A stretch of 64,000 nucleotides of DNA from a virus. Its lineage: Duplodnaviria > Caudoviricetes. The translations under genes were made by a program, and so were the position numbers. Numbering within the stretch: position 1 is the first letter of the stretch; each line of letters opens with the position of its first letter. Of the stretch, positions 57,820 to 64,000 are shown one piece after another. Location of the stretch: IMG/VR virus record IMGVR_UViG_3300029305_005387, one strand, 5' to 3'. The notes below the pieces were generated by a model that ran no database searches, was not told the origin of the DNA, and was given only the letters and a program-made list of their open reading frames with translations.

Positions 57820-58677
57820 ATGTTTGAAGGATTCAATAATCATGAAAAGAAAACAATCGCAGATGTTATTATGTGGACAATTCATCACGATGTAATTTCA
57901 TCCTCATTAATGATGAAAACTTTTCAAATTGAAAAATTCGTAGCACAAAGCACATTGGAGATGTTGTCTAAGATTGAAGTAATTGAAGAAAATGATCAAC
58001 AACCGGAACTGTATTATGTATTAATTAATGAGGTAGAAAACTTACTTCCAGAAGTTTTAGATCTTCTCATTAATTGTGATTATAGTTTATCTGATATTAA
58101 GAAAGCCGTACAAGGTGTACCTAAAGAAGAAAAATATGTTTCATCAAATATCTTATCTGATAAGAGTAGAGATTGGATACCATTCAATGAAACTAAACCA
58201 AAACTAAATACACCTATACTGATTCGTTTTACGGATGAATCTACCGTATTAATGGAATCCAAAACAGAAATCGTTTATTCTGAGGATTTAAAAATTGCTA
58301 TGTGGGATGGTATAGAATTCCATATTATGGCCCCATATCCTAAGTATGATTTTAGTCCATTATCAAATAAAGAATATTTAAATGATGGAGTATTTGTAAC
58401 ACACTGGTCCAATATTAATAGGAAAGATTTGGAAGGATGGCAGACTCGTTTCAATCCTATCAATAAATATAAACATTTGGAATTATCTGTTTCTAGAGAA
58501 CAAGAGGAGGAGGTTTATAAGGCATTAATTCTTGCAGCCGCCTGCATCATGCGAACTGTGAATGATTGTGCTGCTAATGATCCTACTAGAGATAAACTAG
58601 TAAAGGCTCATTCAGTTATGTGTGATCTTCAAAGTGCAATTGACTATGGTATAATTCAAAATTCGGAAGGAGAATAA
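57820..58677 (+). CDS. FtsK-gamma-like winged helix plus DUF551-like domain
   Basis: ISSSLMMKTFQIEKFVAQSTLEMLSKIEVI...VLI; WIPFNETKP...VTHW. Confidence 0.55.
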   Translation: MFEGFNNHEKKTIADVIMWTIHHDVISSSLMMKTFQIEKFVAQSTLEMLSKIEVIEENDQQPELYYVLINEVENLLPEVLDLLINCDYSLSDIKKAVQGVPKEEKYVSSNILSDKSRDWIPFNETKPKLNTPILIRFTDESTVLMESKTEIVYSEDLKIAMWDGIEFHIMAPYPKYDFSPLSNKEYLNDGVFVTHWSNINRKDLEGWQTRFNPINKYKHLELSVSREQEEEVYKALILAAACIMRTVNDCAANDPTRDKLVKAHSVMCDLQSAIDYGIIQNSEGE

Positions 58678-58681
58678 AATC

Positions 58682-59392
58682 ATGCCTTGGATCAGAAACA
58701 TAAACAATGAGAAAGTTTACAAACCATCAATTTATACTAAGGAGGAACTGCCAACATGGTCAGAAGTCTATGAAGAGTTTTATCTAAAGAAATATTATGA
58801 TAAGACTGTCATCAAAAAGAATAGGAAGTTATTTGAGGAGATTAATATTTATTGGAAGATTCCTCATTATAATTTCTTATTAGCAACAGTATGTAATCAA
58901 TTTAATAAATCTTTATTTGAAGATGAGTCTTTACCTCAGGTAATTAAAGAACTTCTTTCAACTAAACGATTTGAAGAGATTGATAATATAATTGATATTA
59001 AATTCGTCTGTCACCCAATAGATGATACTCAGAAGATGATAGAAGAAACTTATCTTGGATTATGTTGTGCTCCTCCAATCTATACCATTCCTCTTCCGAA
59101 TGGAAATGAAAATCCTTTCATTAGTGATTATACCAGAATCAATATTAAAGACATACAAGAAGAATTAGAATTCCATATTTTGATTTATTGCAGAATTGAA
59201 GATAATTTTACAGCATATGATATAGACGTTGAAAGTGATCTATTCAATGAAGTAATGGATGTAATGATATCTAAATACTGTGAATATTTCGAAGGTGATG
59301 ATATTCCTGGATGGAAAAATCAACATGGAAAAGTAGATAAAAGTACTTATACGCATGAAAGATGTTTAGCAGGTTATGATCCTGCATTGTAA
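58682..59392 (+). CDS. Hypothetical protein (236 aa)
   Basis: AGGAG RBS. Confidence 0.75.
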   Translation: MPWIRNINNEKVYKPSIYTKEELPTWSEVYEEFYLKKYYDKTVIKKNRKLFEEINIYWKIPHYNFLLATVCNQFNKSLFEDESLPQVIKELLSTKRFEEIDNIIDIKFVCHPIDDTQKMIEETYLGLCCAPPIYTIPLPNGNENPFISDYTRINIKDIQEELEFHILIYCRIEDNFTAYDIDVESDLFNEVMDVMISKYCEYFEGDDIPGWKNQHGKVDKSTYTHERCLAGYDPAL

Positions 59393-59436
59393 AAAAATAT
59401 AGGGAGGTGGAATTCCACCTCCCTATATTTTTTTAC
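59389..59436. terminator. Perfect 48-bp palindrome between convergent genes
   Basis: GTAAAAAAATATAGGGAGGTGGAA|TTCCACCTCCCTATATTTTTTTAC; contains both stop codons. Confidence 0.75.
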
Positions 59437-59732
59437 TTTTTACCCGTAGCCGTGATCACATCACCATTTACTGTAACAGAATCATTTGTATTAGATTCTT
59501 TTATCTTCTCCATAGTTTCTTTGTCTGTAGAAACTTTTACACTCAATGAGTTATTATCAGGCGTACTGGGAGTTGTTAATGATGTAATCGTGTCAATCTT
59601 TGCAGCTTGATTTTTACACGTATCGTACACCTGAGAAAATGCATCATATTTATTTGTAACGAAATCTGTCAGTTTAGCTTGATCATCGGCTGGTAGAACT
59701 TTGCCCATAAATTCGGGCTTATACTTCTGCAT
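59433..59732 (-). CDS. Hypothetical protein (99 aa)
   Basis: RBS; end of the baseplate-hub operon. Confidence 0.7.
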   Translation of the reverse strand: MQKYKPEFMGKVLPADDQAKLTDFVTNKYDAFSQVYDTCKNQAAKIDTITSLTTPSTPDNNSLSVKVSTDKETMEKIKESNTNDSVTVNGDVITATGKK

Positions 59733-59755
59733 AAATTACTACCTGCCTTTCTTTT

Positions 59756-59905
59756 TTATAATAAATCTGTGAGTTGTGGATTCTTCTCTATATTGATCTT
59801 ACGCAATTCAACAATCTTCAGAAAATGAGATTTTGGTAAGTGATTAAAAATATAATCAAAAGTTGGATCATTCCTGAAAAGTCTGCCCAATTCCTCTATG
59901 AACAT
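59756..59905 (-). CDS. 49-aa protein coupled to the hub-assembly gene (not in ORF track)
   Basis: TAATG overlap; MFIEELGRLFRNDPTFDYIFNHLPKSHFLKIVELRKINIEKNPQLTDLL fills the gap. Confidence 0.65.
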   Translation of the reverse strand: MFIEELGRLFRNDPTFDYIFNHLPKSHFLKIVELRKINIEKNPQLTDLL

Positions 59906-61800
59906 TAGATTCTTTTCAATGTTACTTGAACGCTCGATAGGGATCGGGCTACAATAAAAAGCAATCTAGTCATACTGTCAATAGGAATCATTGATCTGTT
60001 TTTACACTTAGGACACACGATATCACGAAGAGAGAATCTAAACTGATAAGGTTCAAGCATCAGACGAGTGATTTCAGAAATAGTCTGCCAGTCAACTTCA
60101 TCAAGAGTATCAAGTACTTTAACTAAGTTATCAGCACCTGTGATTCTGTGGTTAATACCAGTAATTTTATCTTCAATAATGAAAGCTTTAATTGTACTGA
60201 GAGTAGCATAAGACATACCTCGAGATACAATTGAAGGATCTATATTTTTAGGATTTTCTAATTCTTTCATCTTAGAATAAATACTATCAAGATATTCATA
60301 TGCAGAAATATGACCATAAACTGCTTTGAATCCAGATGTATGTAATGTTACAAAATCATTAGATGCTACTGGAGAAGTTTTATAAACTCTCATAATTTCT
60401 TCTGTAGTAGAAGCTTCTCCTGTTTCTTTCATTTCTTCAAGAACTGTAGGAGAAATTGTATCCATAGAAAGTAATTCACTAGGACTATAGATCCAGTCAT
60501 AACTGTGACCACATTCTTTACCATTGTTACCTTTAGAATGACAATCAATAGAAACTACTTCTTTGTCCATTGCAGTCGCACAAAGGATCTTCCAAAGAAT
60601 GAATTCAAGATCCATGAAAGAAGTCTTGCGTAAGAAGTCTTCAAACTTGGTAACATGATGAACAATTGCATCAGGAACATAATCAGGAAGTTCTACTCCT
60701 ACTGGAGACTTAACAGTTTTCTTAGTCTTAGGATCTTTATAAAGTAGATATTCTTCCCAAGCACCAATAGACTGATTTTTGATGTGATTGAACGCAATAG
60801 ACCATTTCTTACGTTCACCATCCAATGTATTCATTTCATTAGAAGAAGAAAGATCAATTACTTCAGGATATGTCAAACCAGTAAATGTAGCTCTATATTT
60901 AGATGCAGGAAGAGCTGCAACTACATCATTGGACTTTCTTTCATACTGAGATAGCAGGGCATCAATATTAGATGTATCTGCCTCCTGAATAGATCCAAAT
61001 TCGAGATCAGAACCTTCAACAATATTCAATTCAATTGTTCTAGATTTCTTAATCTTATCTACTTCTTCCTGACTCCATGCAACCTGATCAAGATTTCTTT
61101 TATCAATAACGATTTTTGTATCAATTCCTTCAATACTGTCGCCTACGACCATTTTAGGTTTAATAGGTTCTGCAGAAGGAGTTCCCACTACGTTTTCTGT
61201 ATTTTCTTCTGTAATTTCAGAAGCATTATCTTCTTCAATAATTTCACTTTCAGTGGATTGAACTTCTTCATTGTATTCGATGAAGGAAGGATAAATTTCT
61301 TTAATTTCTTCAAGAATTTTATCCAGACCTTCTTGTGCACGTTTATGATCTGTATCACCTGCACAAATCAACATTCTAACCTGTTCATTTCCAGGTGGAA
61401 TATGAAGGTTTTTAATATTATGACGCTGCTTAGCCTCTTCAATATTTGCGAGTTTGCGGTTCATGTCGTCCATCGATTCTCTAGACTCCTGAACTGCCAT
61501 GTCATCAGCAATGTTATGAAGCATCTTATCTTCAGTGAGTTTAACTTCATCCTTATCATATACTGCACCAGGCTGATTAAACTCTGACATTCCTTCTGTT
61601 AATTTAGGATCAGGCATCCATGCCTTCTTCTCCTTTTTAACAGGTGCTTCTTCCTGCGGTTCTTCTTTAGTTTCTTCATCAAATTCACGTTTTACATTGC
61701 CAGAAACAGGATGTTTACGAAAGATCTCTGCAGGATCAATTTCATGTTCATCTGCATAATCATTCATCATATCCATTACACTAAACTTATTATCAGACAT
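59905..61800 (-). CDS. Baseplate hub assembly protein (T4 gp26/gp51-like) with acidic N-terminal extension
   Basis: DLEFILWKILCAT..IDC..CGH and terminal CPKC Zn motifs. Confidence 0.6.
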   Translation of the reverse strand: MSDNKFSVMDMMNDYADEHEIDPAEIFRKHPVSGNVKREFDEETKEEPQEEAPVKKEKKAWMPDPKLTEGMSEFNQPGAVYDKDEVKLTEDKMLHNIADDMAVQESRESMDDMNRKLANIEEAKQRHNIKNLHIPPGNEQVRMLICAGDTDHKRAQEGLDKILEEIKEIYPSFIEYNEEVQSTESEIIEEDNASEITEENTENVVGTPSAEPIKPKMVVGDSIEGIDTKIVIDKRNLDQVAWSQEEVDKIKKSRTIELNIVEGSDLEFGSIQEADTSNIDALLSQYERKSNDVVAALPASKYRATFTGLTYPEVIDLSSSNEMNTLDGERKKWSIAFNHIKNQSIGAWEEYLLYKDPKTKKTVKSPVGVELPDYVPDAIVHHVTKFEDFLRKTSFMDLEFILWKILCATAMDKEVVSIDCHSKGNNGKECGHSYDWIYSPSELLSMDTISPTVLEEMKETGEASTTEEIMRVYKTSPVASNDFVTLHTSGFKAVYGHISAYEYLDSIYSKMKELENPKNIDPSIVSRGMSYATLSTIKAFIIEDKITGINHRITGADNLVKVLDTLDEVDWQTISEITRLMLEPYQFRFSLRDIVCPKCKNRSMIPIDSMTRLLFIVARSLSSVQVTLKRI

Positions 61801-61851
61801 AAGACTGACCTCCTTTAATATTTCATTACGATAGTAGTTTACTGAATTTAA

Positions 61852-63186
61852 TTAATTATAGTGAGCAATCATAAAGATTGTATAATTGAATATTGCCCTT
61901 GTGTAACTAATGATAGTTGCTTCTCGCTGATATTGAGATCTGATATCAATAATATCAAACATCCAAATGTTTAGGATATCTCTGATTTCCTTTAACAATG
62001 GATCTTTAGATGTACCTATGGATCTATATAAAGATAGTCCAAAATTAATGAATTCACCAGATCCAACAGACATACTCGTTGGATTCTTAGAAAAATAAAC
62101 AGTAATAATATTTTCAATTATCTTATTAATTCTATTATTTTTTGAGCCATTAATTTGAGCAATATACCCAGCTAAATTATCTTTATCAACTTTACTGTGA
62201 TCAGCAGCAACTCTAATCATTGATTTATTAATTTCTCCAGTTGCAAACTTATTTGTAGTTTTATCTACGACCTGAGCAATATTAGTTGTAACTCCTTCCT
62301 GATCAGCTATTTCGCCATCATCGAAAGTAGAAACATTATTATGCTGAGTAGCATTCTTTTCTACATTATCATAGTAAGCATTTGCAATATTACGTATCTT
62401 AGATTTAATCTGATTATTCATTCTTTGCATCAAATCCATATACGTATTATCAGCTCCTATTTTCAATTCTTCTGTGAAGAATGATACAGCAGCATGAGCA
62501 TCATATTTCAATAATTCCTGGAGATTATTCATACTCTTAATCTTAGATTTATTATTTAGATGCTCTATTGTATAATTCATTACATCTTCTTTTACACCAG
62601 TTTTCCAGAATTCTCGATATATCGTAGGATATTCACAAAACGCCCAAATATATTCACAGCATGTAACAATATCTTCATATCCTTTCTGAACGGCTTCCAT
62701 GAGAATAGACGTAATTAAGATTTTATGCGGGGCATTGTAAACCCAACCAGTGAAAAATTTACTAATTTTTCCATAATATGCTTCTTGAACCATTACATCA
62801 TAGAACTGTTTGATTTGATCAGGTCCAATATTAAATGTTGAATAAAAGAAATTAGCTTCTTTTTCACCAAATGTAAACATATATACCGGTCCAGATGTAC
62901 TTAACTGTGTATGATGGTCATCAATGAATTTTCCAGTGAAGTCAATAATTGCATCCTGAATTTTCCTACTTGATAGTGGTTTAGAAACGAATGGTATTTG
63001 TAAATTATTTCTAAAATAGAAATTCTGTTTATAAACATCATCTCTCACTGCTTCATCAAATTCCATTTCTTCTTGAAATAGTTCTGCGAGTTCTGGGTTA
63101 TTCTCAACAAAATGATCTCTCATAAATCGTAAATAATTTCTCATTAATATTCTCCTTTCAATAACTTCACTTATATTTATTGACAC
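61852..63186 (-). CDS. Hypothetical protein (444 aa, start uncertain)
   Basis: Long ORF, no recognised motif. Confidence 0.75.
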   Translation of the reverse strand: MSINISEVIERRILMRNYLRFMRDHFVENNPELAELFQEEMEFDEAVRDDVYKQNFYFRNNLQIPFVSKPLSSRKIQDAIIDFTGKFIDDHHTQLSTSGPVYMFTFGEKEANFFYSTFNIGPDQIKQFYDVMVQEAYYGKISKFFTGWVYNAPHKILITSILMEAVQKGYEDIVTCCEYIWAFCEYPTIYREFWKTGVKEDVMNYTIEHLNNKSKIKSMNNLQELLKYDAHAAVSFFTEELKIGADNTYMDLMQRMNNQIKSKIRNIANAYYDNVEKNATQHNNVSTFDDGEIADQEGVTTNIAQVVDKTTNKFATGEINKSMIRVAADHSKVDKDNLAGYIAQINGSKNNRINKIIENIITVYFSKNPTSMSVGSGEFINFGLSLYRSIGTSKDPLLKEIRDILNIWMFDIIDIRSQYQREATIISYTRAIFNYTIFMIAHYN

Positions 63187-63196
63187 ATCAGAAATG

Positions 63197-63205
63197 ATAT
63201 ATTAT
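63197..63205 (+). promoter_or_regulatory. Early-type promoter motif ATATATTAT
   Basis: Upstream of the SbcC-like gene RBS. Confidence 0.6.
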
Positions 63206-63244
63206 TCTAATAATGAAATAAACACAAGGGAGGAATTTTCTTAT

Positions 63245-64000
63245 ATGAAAGTAACATATCTAAGATTAGAAAACGTAGCTGGATTAATAGTAGGATCTAA
63301 TAAAGATATTCTTGAAATATCATTTGAGAAATCTATAAATAAAATCATTGCAATTGTTTCTGAAAATGGTAGAGGTAAATCGGTATTGATTTCGTCCATT
63401 AATCCTTTTGCATATCCAACATCAGTTGATGAAAGATCAACTTTACCTTATATAGCTCCACATAAGAATGGATATAAAGAAATCCATTATGTTGATGGAC
63501 CTGATAAATATGTTATTAAGCATTATTATAAAGCCAATAAAGACAGTCACAGTGTGAAAAGTTACTTCATGAAAAATGATGAAGAATTAAATGAAAATGG
63601 AAATGTTCGTTCATTTGATTCTTTAGTAGAATTACACTTTGGACTAACTCAAGAAATGATGAGATTAATACGTATAGGTACTAACGTTAATTCTTTTATT
63701 TCATTAACACCTGCAAGAAGAAAAGAATACATAGGAAAGTTAATTGAGGAAATAGAATTATATTTAAATATCTATAAAAAGGTTAATGAAGATATTCGAG
63801 TAGTACGTACAATGATTCAGGCAAATAATACGAATCTTTATAACTGTCATATCACTGATCCAGTAGTAGAAGATGAAAAACTTTCTAAATTAAAAAAAGA
63901 TATTAGAAAATATGAACAAGAACGAGATCAAATCATTGCTAAAATTTCTAAAATTAATGCTCTTATGAAGGATAATGACATTGATGATTTACGAAGAAAA
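63245..64000 (+). CDS. SbcC/Rad50-like SMC ATPase (5' part, runs off the window)
   Basis: MKVTYLRLEN, Walker A SENGRGKS, start of coiled coil; GGGAGG RBS. Confidence 0.88.
   Translation, partial: MKVTYLRLENVAGLIVGSNKDILEISFEKSINKIIAIVSENGRGKSVLISSINPFAYPTSVDERSTLPYIAPHKNGYKEIHYVDGPDKYVIKHYYKANKDSHSVKSYFMKNDEELNENGNVRSFDSLVELHFGLTQEMMRLIRIGTNVNSFISLTPARRKEYIGKLIEEIELYLNIYKKVNEDIRVVRTMIQANNTNLYNCHITDPVVEDEKLSKLKKDIRKYEQERDQIIAKISKINALMKDNDIDDLRRK

Noticed and set aside
1-64000. Stop-codon reassignment
   Set aside because: Conserved genes are intact in code 11, TAG ends genes (beta'-C, ligA), and there is no suppressor tRNA; the single internal TAA is local.
1-64000. CRISPR array
   Set aside because: The palindromes are dispersed and differ in sequence; no repeat-spacer periodicity.
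1-64000. Phage nucleus genes (chimallin, PhuZ) and major capsid protein
   Set aside because: No recognisable motifs in this window; unassigned ORFs cannot be called without profile searches.

Overview
A 64-kb segment of an AT-rich jumbo myovirus of the phiKZ/AR9(PBS1)-like group. The host is probably an anaerobic Firmicute (class III RNR, Clostridia-type amidase/SH3 lysin, strong AGGAGG RBSs). Core genes: three split multisubunit RNA polymerase pieces (a beta N-terminal exon downstream of a group I intron, beta' C-terminal, and a small beta C-terminal subunit), portal, T4 gp21-like prohead protease, baseplate gp25/gp53/gp26-like proteins and many internal head proteins. It also carries GyrA, NAD ligase, RNase HI, an SbcC-like ATPase, NrdD, PPK1 and three tRNAs. 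Two promoter classes are visible: ATATATTAT (early-like) and AACA-N6-TA (AR9 late-like). Most striking: (1) the tRNA cluster is interleaved with non-canonical RNAs, namely a circularly permuted, anticodon-less tRNA mimic (YrlA Y-RNA-like topology), an oversized cloverleaf presenting an Ile-GAU anticodon loop, and a ~260-nt multi-hairpin RNA; (2) a kinase-phosphatase-kinase locus in which both kinases are fused to head-protein leaders, one interrupted by a stop codon inside a perfect hairpin; (3) an NrdD-glutaredoxin-FTR triple fusion; (4) 13 intergenic palindromes with no spacer; (5) a stand-alone degenerate Hint domain. All calls come from reading motifs by eye; no searches were run.
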